Assembly: GCA_963724765.1 (NCBI GenBank)
Contig: CAVRVY010000002.1
Coordinates: 224,001 to 288,000, forward strand
DNA length: 64,000 bases
From: an uncultured delta proteobacterium
GTDB taxonomy: Bacteria > Desulfobacterota > Binatia > Binatales > Binataceae
Direction of reading: 5' to 3'
Positions 1-11,178 of the stretch are shown piece by piece (within the stretch, counting starts at the first letter, position 1; each line of letters opens with the position of its first letter). The translations under genes and the position numbers were made by a program. Under the pieces are notes generated by a model. That model saw only the letters and a program-made list of their open reading frames with translations, was not told the origin of the DNA and did not search any database.

Positions 1-836
1 CCGATCGGGCGCCCGAACACGATTCGTTCCTTCGCGTAGCGCACGGCCTTGTCGACCGCGGCGCGCCCGATTCCCACTGCCTCCGAGGCGATAAGGATTC
101 GCTCCGGGTTGAGTCCATCGAGAAGGTAGCGGAAGCCCTTGCCTTCCTCGCCGATCAGGTCGGCGGCCGAGACCTTGAGGTTGTCGATGAAGAGCATGTT
201 GGTGTCTACCGCGTGGCGGCCGAGCTTGAGCAGTTCGCGCACCTCGATCGCGTTGCGGTCGACGTCGGCGAAGAACAGGCTCATCCCCTCGGTTTTCTTC
301 GCCACCTGCTCGAACGGCGTAGTGCGCGTCAGCAGCAGCATCTTGTGCGCTTCCTGCGCCTTGGTGGTGAAAACCTTGCGCCCGTTGATCACGTAATTGT
401 CGCCTTCGCGCCGGGCGAAAGTCTTGATGTGCGTGATGTCGTTGCCGGCGTCGGGCTCGGTCACGGCGAAGGCGGCGTGCAGCTCGCCGCTGACCACGCG
501 CGGCAGATGGCGGCGCTTCATTTCCTCCGTGCCATGCATAACGATCGGCGTTAGACCGAAGATCGACAGATGGATCGCGCTGGCGGCGTTCATCGCGCCG
601 GCGTACGCGACCTCGCGCATCACCAGCGCGGCCTCCGTGATGCCCAGGCCGCTGCCGCCGAATTCCTCGGGGATGGCCACGCCCAGGTAACCGGCCTTGG
701 CGACCGCCTGGTAGAAGTCGTGCGGGAATTCATGCGCGGCATCCTTTGCGCGCCAGTACTCGTCGTTGAAGCGCGCACACATCGCGCGCACGCCCAGCAC
801 GATTTCCTGCTGCGCCTCGGTCAGATCGAAATCCAT
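1..836 (-). CDS. Acyl-CoA dehydrogenase (5' part; runs off the window start)
   Basis: Manual minus-strand translation from ATG at 836: MDFDLTEAQQEIV...YLGVAIPEEFGGSGLG...FAVTEPDAGND...INGRKVFT; ACAD motifs. Not in the ORF track because it is truncated. Confidence 0.92.
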   Translation of the reverse strand, partial: MDFDLTEAQQEIVLGVRAMCARFNDEYWRAKDAAHEFPHDFYQAVAKAGYLGVAIPEEFGGSGLGITEAALVMREVAYAGAMNAASAIHLSIFGLTPIVMHGTEEMKRRHLPRVVSGELHAAFAVTEPDAGNDITHIKTFARREGDNYVINGRKVFTTKAQEAHKMLLLTRTTPFEQVAKKTEGMSLFFADVDRNAIEVRELLKLGRHAVDTNMLFIDNLKVSAADLIGEEGKGFRYLLDGLNPERILIASEAVGIGRAAVDKAVRYAKERIVFGRPI

Positions 837-1119
837 GTCACCATCCCATTCAAACAAAATATTATGAAATGAAATTCTGCTTGATAAAAAATGCAGCTCG
901 CCCGCTGGTCACCGGCGGCAAGCTGGTCGCCCCGGCAAGCCGGTCGCCGCCGGTTTGACTACCGGCATCTTAACCGCTCACTCCATTATTACAACCCGAC
1001 TGCGGCCAAGCTAAAGCGTGCACGGCGGCTGCGGTGTTCGACTGCCCCGGCGCGCTCATTTATAAGAATCGGATGCGTTCGCGGACACGCGCAATCCCGA
1101 GACCGGCCATTTCATCCCG

Positions 1120-2159
1120 ATGAAATCCGCTGTCGCTGTGGCGCTGATCGGCTTGTTGCTCGTCGGGCCGGTTGTCTCGCGCACGATCGAAGAAGAGATC
1201 GAGATATTTTTCCTCGCGATCGGGCTGCTCACGATGACCCTGGCAGGGGCGTGGCGATGGGAGGTCGCGGGCGCCGCCGCCGAGGTGCCGTTGGCGATCA
1301 CGCTGGCCGTGATCGTCGCCGACGTCGTCTTCGGCCGCGTGCGAGGCTTGATGGATCGCGCGCTTGGATGGATACAGGCGCGGGTCGCGCGCCCGTGGCT
1401 TTGCGCCGGGGCCGTCCTCGTGATCGCTTTGCTGTCCGCGATGCTCAGCGCGATCGTCGCGGCCCTGATGCTGGCCGAGTTGGTCGAACTGATGCGCCTG
1501 GGGCCGCGCGCGCGAGCGCGGGTCACGGTCGCCGGATGTTTTGCGATAGGGCTGGGCTCCTCGCTGACGCCGCTGGGCGGACCGCTTTCGACGCTAGCCG
1601 CAAGCGGTCTGGGGATGGGCTTCGGCGGGCTGTTCGCGATGCTCGCGCCATACGTGCTGCCGGGGATGCTGGCCTGTGCGATCGTTGCCGGGTTTTTTGC
1701 AACCAGCGACGACGGTGCAGGCGCGAGCGCCGCCGCGGCAGCGCTGACGCTGGTGCTCATCCGCGAGTCAGTCGTCCGCGCCCTCATCCGCGGGCTTAAA
1801 ATCTATGTTTTCATCGCTGGCCTGGTGCTGGTCGGCGATGCCTTTGCTCCACTGGCGACGCGCTATGTGCCGATGCTTGGTCATTCGGCGCTCTACTGGG
1901 CCAACACGATTTCGGCCGCGATGGACAACGCGACGCTGGCCGCGCTGGAGGTCCATGCGATGGACCCGGCGCGGGCGCGCGAAGCGATAATTGCGCTGCT
2001 GGTGGCGGGCGGGATGCTCATCCCGGGCAACATCCCGAACATTGTCGCTGCCGGCGCGGCGCGCTGTGGATCGGCGCCGGCGAGTGGGCGAAAGTCGGCA
2101 TCCCGATGGGCCTCGCCCTGCTTGGCATCTACTTTGCGTTGCTGGGAGCCGCAAGATGA
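1120..2159 (+). pseudogene. DUF1646-family membrane protein with a frameshift near the 3' end
   Basis: Multi-TM protein with GSSLTPLGGPLST, DNATLAA and GGMLIPGNIPNI motifs. The GGCGC tandem duplication at 2053-2062 shifts the frame; removing it restores ...LWIGAGEWAKVGIPMGLALLGIYF..* ending at 2159. Confidence 0.75.
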
Positions 2160-2496
2160 AACGTGCGGCGCCGCGGTTCGTGAACGGCTGACTTTCCTTG
2201 CGAAACGCAGGCAGCTTGCAATGCCGTGCAACATCGCGGACCGCGGCGGAGCCCTCGCGGTCGGCATGGTGCTGCCTAAAAAGGCGTCAAAGCGAATGGA
2301 CCATGGGCGTTTGCGTTAGGCGAATTTTCGTGACACAAAGCGTGGGATGCCGCTCTGCCGGGATTGCAGGGCACCGCTCGCCCGGCGGATTTGGAAATGG
2401 TGCTCGATCCCACGAAAATGAAACGCGGGCGGTTTTTATCTTAAGCGGAAATATGGGATTGCCGCCCCTAAAGCGGCCAGGAGGGTTACGCGTTCG

Positions 2497-3909
2497 ATGA
2501 CTCCCAAACAAATTCTCCAGATGATCAAGGACAAGGGCGCCACGTCCGTGGACCTGAAGTTCATGGACCTGCTGGGGCAGTGGCAGCACTTCAGCGTGCC
2601 GATCAGTGAATTCCAGGACGAATCGCCGTTCGATGAGGGACTGGGATTCGACGGGTCGTCGATTCGCGGATGGCAGTCGATCGACAACAGCGACATGCTA
2701 GTCATCCCCGACCCCAAAAGCGCGGTGATGGAGCCCTTCACCAAAGAGCCCACGCTCACCATGATCTGTGACATCTCCGACCCGATTACCCGCGCCGACT
2801 ACTCGCGCGACCCGCGCAACGTCGCGCGCAAGGCCGAGGCCTACCTGAAGTCGACCGGTATCGGGGACACCGCCTATTTCGGTCCCGAGCCCGAGTTCTT
2901 CATCTTCAACGGCATCCGCTACGACAGCAACCAGCAATCGAGCTACTACTACATCGAGTCCGACGAAGGTATCTGGAACAGCGGGCGCGAGGGCACCAAC
3001 CTCGGCTACAAGCCGCGCTACAAAGAAGGCTACTTTCCGGTTCCGCCCAACGACAGCCTGCAGGACATCCGCGCCGAGATGGTGCGCGAGATGGAGCGCG
3101 TCGGCATCCGGGTCGAAAAGCAGCATCACGAAGTCGCCACCGCCGGCCAGGCCGAAATCGACATGCGCTTTCAGTCGCTGGTGAAAATGGCCGACTGGCT
3201 CACCTGGTACAAGTACATCTGCAAGAATGTCGCGATCCGTCACGGTATGACGGTAACTTTCATGCCCAAGCCGATCTTCGGCGACAATGGCTCTGGCATG
3301 CATACCCATCAGAGCATCTGGAAGGGCGAGACCCCGCTGTTCGCGGGCTCCGGTTATGCCGGAATTTCGGAGCTGGCGCTGCACTACATCGCCGGCATCC
3401 TGCATCATGCGCCGGCGCTGGCGGCCTTCACCAATCCGGGTACCAATTCGTATCGCCGCCTGGTGCCCGGTTTCGAGGCACCAATCAATCTGGCTTACTC
3501 CAGCCGCAACCGCTCGGCCGCCGTGCGCATCCCGATGTATTCGCCGTCGCCCAAGGCCAAGCGGATCGAGGTGCGTTTCCCCGACCCGACCTGTAATCCG
3601 TACCTCGCGTTCTCGGCGATGCTGATGGCGGGGCTCGACGGCATCCAGCGCCGGCTCGATCCGGGCCAGCCGCTGGACAAGGACATCTACGCGCTGACTC
3701 CGGCCGAACTGGCCGAGGTGCCCAACATGCCGCCGTCGTTGGAGGCCGCGCTTGACAATCTCAAGCGTAGCCATGAATTCCTGCTCAAGGGTGACGTCTT
3801 CACCGAAGACCTGATCGAGACCTGGATCGACTACAAGATGTCGAAAGAGGTCAGCCAGACGCGTCTGCGGCCTCATCCGTACGAGTTTGCGCTGTACTAC
3901 GACGCCTGA
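2497..3909 (+). CDS. glnA: Glutamine synthetase type I
   Basis: [50 protein letters not shown] and C-terminal [12 protein letters not shown]; 470 aa. Confidence 0.98.
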   Translation: MTPKQILQMIKDKGATSVDLKFMDLLGQWQHFSVPISEFQDESPFDEGLGFDGSSIRGWQSIDNSDMLVIPDPKSAVMEPFTKEPTLTMICDISDPITRADYSRDPRNVARKAEAYLKSTGIGDTAYFGPEPEFFIFNGIRYDSNQQSSYYYIESDEGIWNSGREGTNLGYKPRYKEGYFPVPPNDSLQDIRAEMVREMERVGIRVEKQHHEVATAGQAEIDMRFQSLVKMADWLTWYKYICKNVAIRHGMTVTFMPKPIFGDNGSGMHTHQSIWKGETPLFAGSGYAGISELALHYIAGILHHAPALAAFTNPGTNSYRRLVPGFEAPINLAYSSRNRSAAVRIPMYSPSPKAKRIEVRFPDPTCNPYLAFSAMLMAGLDGIQRRLDPGQPLDKDIYALTPAELAEVPNMPPSLEAALDNLKRSHEFLLKGDVFTEDLIETWIDYKMSKEVSQTRLRPHPYEFALYYDA

Positions 3910-3970
3910 GCGCACGGTAACCGCGTAGCGCACGCGGCCACGCGGCGCTCGCGGCGAATCGATTGTGAAA

Positions 3971-4006
3971 GGAGCGGCGGACTATCGGTCCGCCGCCCCT
4001 TTTTTT
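3971..4006 (+). terminator. Intrinsic terminator of glnA
   Basis: Stem GCGGCGGAC/GTCCGCCGC followed by a T run. Confidence 0.85.
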
Positions 4007-4136
4007 CGTTTCCTGCGCGAGGCGCGCCGGACACAATCGAACTGGCGTGTTGCGCGCTCGTCGCTGATGATGGTTTGATCTGCAAGACGGCCTGCGCCCC
4101 GCGTAGAAGGGCGCGGGCCGTGCGGTAGAACCCTCG

Positions 4137-6512
4137 ATGCGTTCAACGAAGCAACCAGCCAGCGCTTCCCCGAGCGCCGCCGCGCCCGCCCGCCGGGCGG
4201 GCGCGGCGGCGCTCGGGCTCGCGCTGATGGTTTGCATCAGCGCAGGTGCGCCGCGGCGTGGGTGGGCGGCGGCGGAGAATCCGCCGCCGCCCACCCACGC
4301 CGCGAGCGCGGCGGCGGCGCCGAGCATCGCCGCGCACCCGGGCGCGGCGGCGTCGGTCGCGGTCGACGCGCACGCCGGGGCGCCGAGCGCCGCGGCGGCG
4401 GCGGAGCCGAGCCGGGCCGCGCAACCGCAGCCTACCGCATCGGCGCAACCCGATGAGCGCGCCGGCGTGATCAACTTTCTCGGGGAGGCAATCGCATGGT
4501 ACCAGCAGCTTTCCGCCGAGGAGCGCTTCGGGGCGGAGCCGGCCGAGATGCTGTTTGTCAACGACGACCGCCAGACCGCGCTCGAGGTGCTGAAGCTCGC
4601 CTTTCAGTACGCGCGCGCGACGGCCGCGCTGCTGAAATCGGAGAAGGCTCCTGTAGCGCAGCCACCGCGCAAGGGAAGCGCGGCCGGCGCGCCGGCGAAG
4701 AGCGAGACGGCCGCGTTGTCCGGTCTTGCCGGCCTGGTGGCTAGAGCCCAGCAGCAAGAGCAGAGCCTCGACCAGCTCAAGCAGCAGGCCGAGCAGCTCA
4801 AGGCCGCGAGCGCCGCCGCCAAAGCCGCACAGAGCACCCAGCTCGCGCGCCAGCTTGCAATCGTCCAGAGTCAGATCGAACTCGCCCAGGCAACCCTGGA
4901 TTCCTACAACGCGCTCATCCAGTTCGAGAACACGACGGCGATAGCCGGCACTCAGGGCACCGGGCTCTTGAGCCAGATCGACGCGCTCGAGCGTAGCGTG
5001 CCGCAGTTGAACGCGCCGGCCAAAGGATCTGCGCCGGGGCCGCCGCAGGGAGGGTTGCCCGCGGGGGCGGCGGCGGCGACGACGGTCAAGGCCGACGAGT
5101 CCGCGCCCGCGCCGGATAACGGCTTGCTGGGCACGATCGAGGCGTTGATCGGGCTGGGAAAGGAACGGAGCGCATTGGCTGACCGGCTCGGCGACACCCG
5201 CCGTCTGTCGGGGTTGAGCGTTGCCGCGCGCGCGCCGCTAATTGCGCGCCTGCACGAGCTCAGCGCGCGCGCCGACACGCTGGCGGCCGAGCCCGTCGGT
5301 GACTCGCTGGCCGCCAACCTCGCGCGCAAGCAGCAGTTCGGCGATCTGATCAAGCGCCACAAAATGATCACCGACGCGCTGGTGCCGCTTGCCAAGCAGA
5401 GCGTGCTCCTGCAGGTATACACCGCGAGTCTCCAGCAATGGCGAAGCACGCTCGATCAACGCTCAGACAGCCAGTTCCGCCGCCTCATCCTTCGGCTCGC
5501 CGCGCTTGGCGTAGTCCTGCTGGCGATTTTCATCGGCGCCTTCATCTGGCGCAGGCTCACTTTCCGCTACGTGCAGGACCTGCGCCGCCGCCGCCAGCTG
5601 CTCCAGTTGCGCAAGCTGACGGTGGCGCTGGTCGTGATCCTGGTGCTGTTATTCGACTTCGCCAGCCAATTGGGGACGCTGGCGACCGTGATGGGGTTGG
5701 CGGCGGCCGGTGTCGCCCTCGCGCTGCAGAACGTGATCCTTTCGTTTGCCGGCTACTTCTTCGTCACCGGCCGCTACGGCATCCGGGTCGGCGACCGCAT
5801 TCAGATTGCCGGCATCAGCGGCGACGTGATCGACATCGGGCTGTTCAAGCTGGCGCTGATGGAGCTGGCGGGCGACGGCAACTCGCGCCAGCCCACCGGG
5901 CGGGTGGTGGTTTTTCCCAACTCGATCGTTTTCCAGACCAACGGCAACTTCTTCAAGCAGGCGCCGGGCACCAGCTTCGTGTGGAACGAGTTCCGCCTCA
6001 CTCTGGCGCCAGACTGCGATTACCGCCTGGCCGAGAAGCGCTTGCTCGAGGTGGTCGAGGATGTCTACGCGCGCTACCGCGACACCGTTCAGCGTCAGTA
6101 CGGCGATCTCGAGCGCGACCTCAGCATGAAGTTAGAGTCCCCGCACCCGCAGAGCCGGTTGCGCCTGGGCTCCAGCGGTATCGAGCTGGCGATTCGTTAT
6201 CCGGTCGACGCGCGCTACGCGGTGCAGGTGGCCGACGAGATTTCGCGCCGCGCGCTCGACGCGATCGCACAGGAACCCGCGCTCTCGCTGGCGATGCCCG
6301 GTACGCCAAACCTGACGCCTCTGGCGCCGCCGCCGGCGACCGAGGTTGCGCATCCCTCCTCGGCCGGCGCCGGGGCCGATGGACGCAACGCGACGAGCGA
6401 GTCCGAAAGCGGGTCCGCAGACACGATGGTGCCTGCGGCCGCCGAAGTGGTAGTCGAGCCGCCGGCGAAGGATCCTCCAGTGCCCGAGCCACGCCCGCCG
6501 GCCAAGAGCTGA
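4137..6512 (+). CDS. MscS-family mechanosensitive channel with large periplasmic/coiled-coil N-terminus
   Basis: GLAAAGVALALQNVILS...IRVGDRIQIAGISGDVIDIGL...VVFPNS core preceded by TM helices. Confidence 0.88.
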   Translation: MRSTKQPASASPSAAAPARRAGAAALGLALMVCISAGAPRRGWAAAENPPPPTHAASAAAAPSIAAHPGAAASVAVDAHAGAPSAAAAAEPSRAAQPQPTASAQPDERAGVINFLGEAIAWYQQLSAEERFGAEPAEMLFVNDDRQTALEVLKLAFQYARATAALLKSEKAPVAQPPRKGSAAGAPAKSETAALSGLAGLVARAQQQEQSLDQLKQQAEQLKAASAAAKAAQSTQLARQLAIVQSQIELAQATLDSYNALIQFENTTAIAGTQGTGLLSQIDALERSVPQLNAPAKGSAPGPPQGGLPAGAAAATTVKADESAPAPDNGLLGTIEALIGLGKERSALADRLGDTRRLSGLSVAARAPLIARLHELSARADTLAAEPVGDSLAANLARKQQFGDLIKRHKMITDALVPLAKQSVLLQVYTASLQQWRSTLDQRSDSQFRRLILRLAALGVVLLAIFIGAFIWRRLTFRYVQDLRRRRQLLQLRKLTVALVVILVLLFDFASQLGTLATVMGLAAAGVALALQNVILSFAGYFFVTGRYGIRVGDRIQIAGISGDVIDIGLFKLALMELAGDGNSRQPTGRVVVFPNSIVFQTNGNFFKQAPGTSFVWNEFRLTLAPDCDYRLAEKRLLEVVEDVYARYRDTVQRQYGDLERDLSMKLESPHPQSRLRLGSSGIELAIRYPVDARYAVQVADEISRRALDAIAQEPALSLAMPGTPNLTPLAPPPATEVAHPSSAGAGADGRNATSESESGSADTMVPAAAEVVVEPPAKDPPVPEPRPPAKS

Positions 6513-6794
6513 CCAAACGGCCGTGCGCCGTTGAATCGAATCGAAGTCAACGCCGAAGTTACGGCGAGGATGACGGCCGCGGGGGCTCGGCGGCCAAAGC
6601 GGCGCCGTCGTCTTCACAGCTTAACTATTATGATCGAAGAAAAAGATCAGAGTAGGTGAATTTATTATGAAACCACCGATAGTCAGTGTAGTCAGCAATC
6701 AGCAACCATCGCCGCCGCCGCTCTAGCAGCGCCATAAAAGCCATCACTCCCAGCCTGTTCGAGTCGGCTTTTACAGCTTCTCTTTATTATTTGT

Positions 6795-8405
6795 TTGCGT
6801 ACAGATAAATTCCACTCGTCCGTCGGCGCGAAAATTATACATACTTGCTTCCGTGCGTGGGATATTCAGAAAATGAAGCGGTGTTCGGCGCGAGCCTCCC
6901 TGTTATGTCTTTGGTTCGGATTGGAAGTGGTATTGATCGAGGTTTTCGGTATTCCGTTCGGCTTGAACTTTGACATGTGGGCCTTCATGGATGCGGGCGG
7001 GAACCTCACGGCACAGTACCTTGTTCAGCAAGGCTATCGGCCGGTGATCGATTTCGGTTATCACTACGGTCTGTTGCCATTGCTGGTTTGTCATTTGTGG
7101 TTCAGCGTCGCGGGAGCAACTCCGGTCGCCTGCATTATTCTGGTTTCCATGCTTAATCTTTCGATCGGCTGGGCGTTTGCCCGGCTTGCGTTGAACCTCA
7201 GGCTTACGGCATGCGGTTTTTTCCTTCTGTCGGTCTCGATGCCATACGCCGTGCAGGCAAATTACCCGAATATCGCGCATGCACTCGAAGCCGCACTGCT
7301 CGCCAACGCTCTGGCTGAACAGGCTGCCGGCAGACGCGCGGCTTCGCTTGCCTTGGCTGCGGCAGCATGTTTCACGAAACCCAGCATGGGATATTTTTAT
7401 GGAGCCTTGCTGCTGGGGTTTGTCGTTCTGGATTTTGCCTCGCGCTCCCGGCTGAACTTGAATGCTTTGCGGCGTCTGCTTGCTCCGGCGCTGATAACGG
7501 CTTTGGCCTTGGGCGCGATCCTGGGCTTGGTGTATGGCCGTGTGCCGCTTTCGCGGACCCTTTTGCCGACCGTCGGAATGAAAGCCTACAAGGTGCAGCA
7601 CTATGGCTTTTTCGCGGCCGGTAGCCATTTCTGGCACTTCCCGGGAGTCCATATCGGCTACTACGCCGGCACTGTGGCCGGATTCTGGGTTTTAGGTACC
7701 GTCTGGCTCATAGCCAACGGAGCTACGGCACTCTGGCGCATATTTAGCGAGCCGTGGGGCGACACCGGGATCCGTAAAGATAGTGAAATAGTACTGTCGT
7801 GCGCTGCGATGCATCTCGCATTCGTGCTGTTCTTTTTCGGCAATCCTTTTTCCTGGTTTTACTACTCCTATGTGCTGGTTTTTGGTATCGCAGCGACCAG
7901 CGCAGGGCAGACTACGACGCGACACGTCGTCGTCTGGGGCTTGGCCCTGATAGCATTGGTTGGAGAGAAGACCTACCTGTATGATTCAACAACGCGCTGG
8001 CTTGCTAGCGCGCCCGAACCGGCCACGGCCGAACTTTGGGCGCCCGCGGATGAGCGTGCGGAGTGGCAAAAGGTCGTGGCGCTGATCAAGGGTGTCAATT
8101 CCCATGATCATAGTGCGGCGCTGCTCGCCAGGACGGGTTGTGCGGAGCTTTTATTCCCGGAATTTCGGTCACCGGTCTCACTGTTTCTCGACCCGGGGCT
8201 CGCGACCGAAGCGGAAATAATGCGTAAGCGCGCGCAAGTACAGCACGCGTCGACGATTGTGATACGTGCAGGATTTCTGAATTACACCTTCGAATCCGAT
8301 CTTGCCTCGCGCACGCTGATCTTTCATGGAAAGTTCTTTGACGTTTATCGTAAAGACCGGCCGGGCTGTTGTCAGCCGCAGCCGTCCTTCACCACCCGTC
8401 GGTAA
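6795..8405 (+). CDS. Polytopic membrane protein, GT-C glycosyltransferase-like; start may be ATG near 6873
   Basis: Many hydrophobic helices, D.G/DFGYHYG first loop, FTKPS motif and soluble C-terminal tail; more AT-rich than its neighbours. Confidence 0.55.
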   Translation: MRTDKFHSSVGAKIIHTCFRAWDIQKMKRCSARASLLCLWFGLEVVLIEVFGIPFGLNFDMWAFMDAGGNLTAQYLVQQGYRPVIDFGYHYGLLPLLVCHLWFSVAGATPVACIILVSMLNLSIGWAFARLALNLRLTACGFFLLSVSMPYAVQANYPNIAHALEAALLANALAEQAAGRRAASLALAAAACFTKPSMGYFYGALLLGFVVLDFASRSRLNLNALRRLLAPALITALALGAILGLVYGRVPLSRTLLPTVGMKAYKVQHYGFFAAGSHFWHFPGVHIGYYAGTVAGFWVLGTVWLIANGATALWRIFSEPWGDTGIRKDSEIVLSCAAMHLAFVLFFFGNPFSWFYYSYVLVFGIAATSAGQTTTRHVVVWGLALIALVGEKTYLYDSTTRWLASAPEPATAELWAPADERAEWQKVVALIKGVNSHDHSAALLARTGCAELLFPEFRSPVSLFLDPGLATEAEIMRKRAQVQHASTIVIRAGFLNYTFESDLASRTLIFHGKFFDVYRKDRPGCCQPQPSFTTRR

Positions 8406-8466
8406 CTTCGCAAGCCTCACCAGTCTACCTCGCGCACGTGCAAGACTTTGCGCCGCGCGGCGGCTG

Positions 8467-11169
8467 CTATGGAACACAGACCCAGATGTTGTTCAGCCCG
8501 TTAACCCACGCTCCGGTCTTGGCGCCCGCGCTCGTACAAGCCACCGGCGGATTCGCTGGCGGGTCGCAATCGACGCAGTAGCGACGCGCGCCGTTCGTCA
8601 CGCTGCCCGGCAGGTCGGCAAACTTCACGCCCAAGTCCTGGCCGCCCAGGCTTTCGTTCAGCCACCATGACTTTCCCGCGTTAGTGGGAGCGAGACCGCT
8701 GGCCTGGATCACGTCGCGCACCTCGACCGGCGACGATGGAGCGGCGATCACGTCGAGCAGCTCGGCCGGACTTCCGCCGCTGAACAGAGTACCTTTGACT
8801 AAGAATGGCGCGCCGCCGCTGATTGCGAGATAGGCGTTGCCGGTCGCGCCGCTGGTCAGTTGGCCGCCGTTGATGACGATCGGCGCATAGGCGCCGCCGG
8901 AATAGACGGCCGCAATCTCGTTGGGCGCGTTATCCTCAATGTCCAATTCAGGGCTGTCTAGCAGCGCCTGAGCATCGGAAAAGTATAGGGGCGCGACTGC
9001 GTATCCCCGGTCAGTGAAGTCGGGCATTATATAGTGTCCTGAGCCCGTGACCTGGCCGACGCAGGAGTATTGCCCGTCACACTGCAGATGGTCGTAGAGG
9101 TTGTTGTTCGACTGATTGCCGAAGAAAAACCCGACGCTGGTTAAGGTTTTGGGGACGACTACGCACCAGACGCGCCGCACCGTGTCCTGAAAGTCGTTAT
9201 TCGCGAGGTTGATGCAGGTGCGCCCGGCCGTGCCGTTTTCCGCAATGTTCTCGATCGTCGAGTTCAGCATCCAGGTCGCCCAGATGCCGTTGTCGTTCAG
9301 CGAAAGATTACTGATCGTAACCGGGTTGAGGTCGGCCGCGCCGTTGCTGGTTTCGATCGGGATGAAAGTATTAGCCGAATTGTCTACTACGCCTTCGATC
9401 GTCCCCGTGGGCGTGCCGGTTGGGAAGTTCTCCAGAAAGACCGTGTTCCCGTCGCCAACGAACTTTGCCGTTGGCGCGGTAAAGTGTGACGTATAGCGCG
9501 CAACACTGGAGATGCGGATCGAGTCATAAAAAGCTGGCATCAGTGGGGTGTTATATCCAGAGCCCAGGTAAACGCTCGACCCCTGACTAGCGAGCATGAA
9601 GCTCGAATAGGGCGGAATCGTGAGAGTACCCGAAGCCGACGCCGACCCTACCTGTGTGCCGTCAACAAAAAGCCGCACCGTCGTCCCGTCGTAGCTCAGC
9701 GCGACGTGATGAATCTTATTGATGGTTAGACTGTCGGCGGAACCCGACCCGTTCACCGTGACTATTGAACCACCGATATCTACAGAGGCGTGCAGGCAGT
9801 TGGATGAGCAACCGGAAGGAGCGCCGTTGGTCCCGAACCCGAGAGCGTTAACGCCGGAAGCCTCGGGCTGGTCCTGCGTAATAGTCAGAAAGCTGAAGTT
9901 GTCGTAACCACCACCATCGCTGAAGAACGGCTCAATATAGAACTCGAAGGTGAAGGCGGCGAGGCCATTCAAGCTGGTTTCGAAGTTGGCCGCATTCATG
10001 ATCTCGACAGTCGCGTTGTTCGAGCCATATCCCGCGCCGTTGAAGAACTCGCCATCGGCTACGTCGAGGCTGCCGCCAGTGCCGGTCGCGATTGCCTTAT
10101 TGCCACCAGTCGTCGCCAGCGCCCACACGCACGTTCCGTCGTTGACCGTGTTGGGTTGCGAGGTCGGCCAAACGGGCGTCGAACTCCCCGAAGTGCAGCC
10201 GTTGCCGCTGTTGGAGTAGGTCTGGACTTCGATATTGCCGTTGGAATCAACGATGTCAGAAGTGCCGCCGGTGCCAGATGGATACGAGCCGAAATGATGG
10301 TTCGCCTGCCAGGTGACCGTCACACTGGTGCTGAGTGGTGGCTTCCATCCCGTCTCGGCTTCCTGCGCAATAATCGCCGGGCCATTATAGTTCTGTTTGA
10401 TCTGAGTCTGTTGCCAGCCCGCGCCCTCAAACCTAATCGAACAGTTGATCAGGATCGGCGAGGTCGTCTTGTAGTACAGCCCGCCCGGCGTCGCCGGCAG
10501 ATAGACTTCCGGCTTGTTCGAACCGGATGCGCCGCATGCCGCATTGATCGCCGCCTGGATCGCCGCGGTGTCGTCGGTCGAGCCGTCGCCCTTGGCCAGG
10601 TAGGGCGGAGCCTTGACGTTGATCACGCCGTTGACGTTGCCGTTGATGTTCGCGCTCTCGTCGATCGCGACATATGGCGCCGCCGTTCCATTACTCACTT
10701 GCACGCCGGTGCCGGGCCTGAGCAGCTCGCGCCAGTTCGTGTCACCGGTGTTCTCGGTTTCGACCGGGCCGTTGGCCGCCTGCAGGCTCAGCACACCGAG
10801 GACGTTATGGCCGTTGGCGTTGAGGTCCTGCTCGAGCGCGCCGGCCGCGCAGGCCCAGGCCCCGCGCGAGCCCATCGCCCACGCGCCGGCCCCGCCGGCG
10901 CTGCACGGCGACGTGGCCTGGCAATCCTTGCACCACAACAGCAGTCCGTCCTGCTCCGCGGGCAGGCTCGCGAACGACAGGCCGGCGAACTGCGGCGAGA
11001 TCGGCTCGGCGCCGGATAAGCGCTGATTGATCGCCTGGCGGAAGTTGTAGCCTGCGCCGATGCCGGTGAAGTTCGGAATCGGCTGGTATTGCGCCGCCGC
11101 CGCTCCGGCGATCGCGGCCAGTATCAGGAGTGAGCCGAGGAGCGTTTTCGATAACGATTTATACATCAT
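8467..11169 (-). CDS. Putative receptor-binding/tailspike-like protein (signal peptide, pectate-lyase-3-like start, CBM-like insert, LamG-like domain, beta-helix)
   Basis: MYKSLSK+hydrophobic+AAA signal; INVKAPPYLAKGDGSTDDTAAIQAAINAA; HHVALSYDGTTVRLFVDG...DSIRISSVARY; last gene of the tail operon. Confidence 0.7.
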   Translation of the reverse strand: MMYKSLSKTLLGSLLILAAIAGAAAAQYQPIPNFTGIGAGYNFRQAINQRLSGAEPISPQFAGLSFASLPAEQDGLLLWCKDCQATSPCSAGGAGAWAMGSRGAWACAAGALEQDLNANGHNVLGVLSLQAANGPVETENTGDTNWRELLRPGTGVQVSNGTAAPYVAIDESANINGNVNGVINVKAPPYLAKGDGSTDDTAAIQAAINAACGASGSNKPEVYLPATPGGLYYKTTSPILINCSIRFEGAGWQQTQIKQNYNGPAIIAQEAETGWKPPLSTSVTVTWQANHHFGSYPSGTGGTSDIVDSNGNIEVQTYSNSGNGCTSGSSTPVWPTSQPNTVNDGTCVWALATTGGNKAIATGTGGSLDVADGEFFNGAGYGSNNATVEIMNAANFETSLNGLAAFTFEFYIEPFFSDGGGYDNFSFLTITQDQPEASGVNALGFGTNGAPSGCSSNCLHASVDIGGSIVTVNGSGSADSLTINKIHHVALSYDGTTVRLFVDGTQVGSASASGTLTIPPYSSFMLASQGSSVYLGSGYNTPLMPAFYDSIRISSVARYTSHFTAPTAKFVGDGNTVFLENFPTGTPTGTIEGVVDNSANTFIPIETSNGAADLNPVTISNLSLNDNGIWATWMLNSTIENIAENGTAGRTCINLANNDFQDTVRRVWCVVVPKTLTSVGFFFGNQSNNNLYDHLQCDGQYSCVGQVTGSGHYIMPDFTDRGYAVAPLYFSDAQALLDSPELDIEDNAPNEIAAVYSGGAYAPIVINGGQLTSGATGNAYLAISGGAPFLVKGTLFSGGSPAELLDVIAAPSSPVEVRDVIQASGLAPTNAGKSWWLNESLGGQDLGVKFADLPGSVTNGARRYCVDCDPPANPPVACTSAGAKTGAWVNGLNNIWVCVP

Positions 11170-11178
11170 GTGAATCCG

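Noticed and set aside
2200-2496. Sigma-54 promoter for glnA
   Set aside because: No convincing TGGCAC-N5-TTGC with correct spacing.
2698-3933. 411-aa antisense ORF over glnA and the many other Arg/Ala/Pro-rich overlapping ORFs
   Set aside because: High-GC codon-bias artefacts opposite or overlapping well-supported genes.
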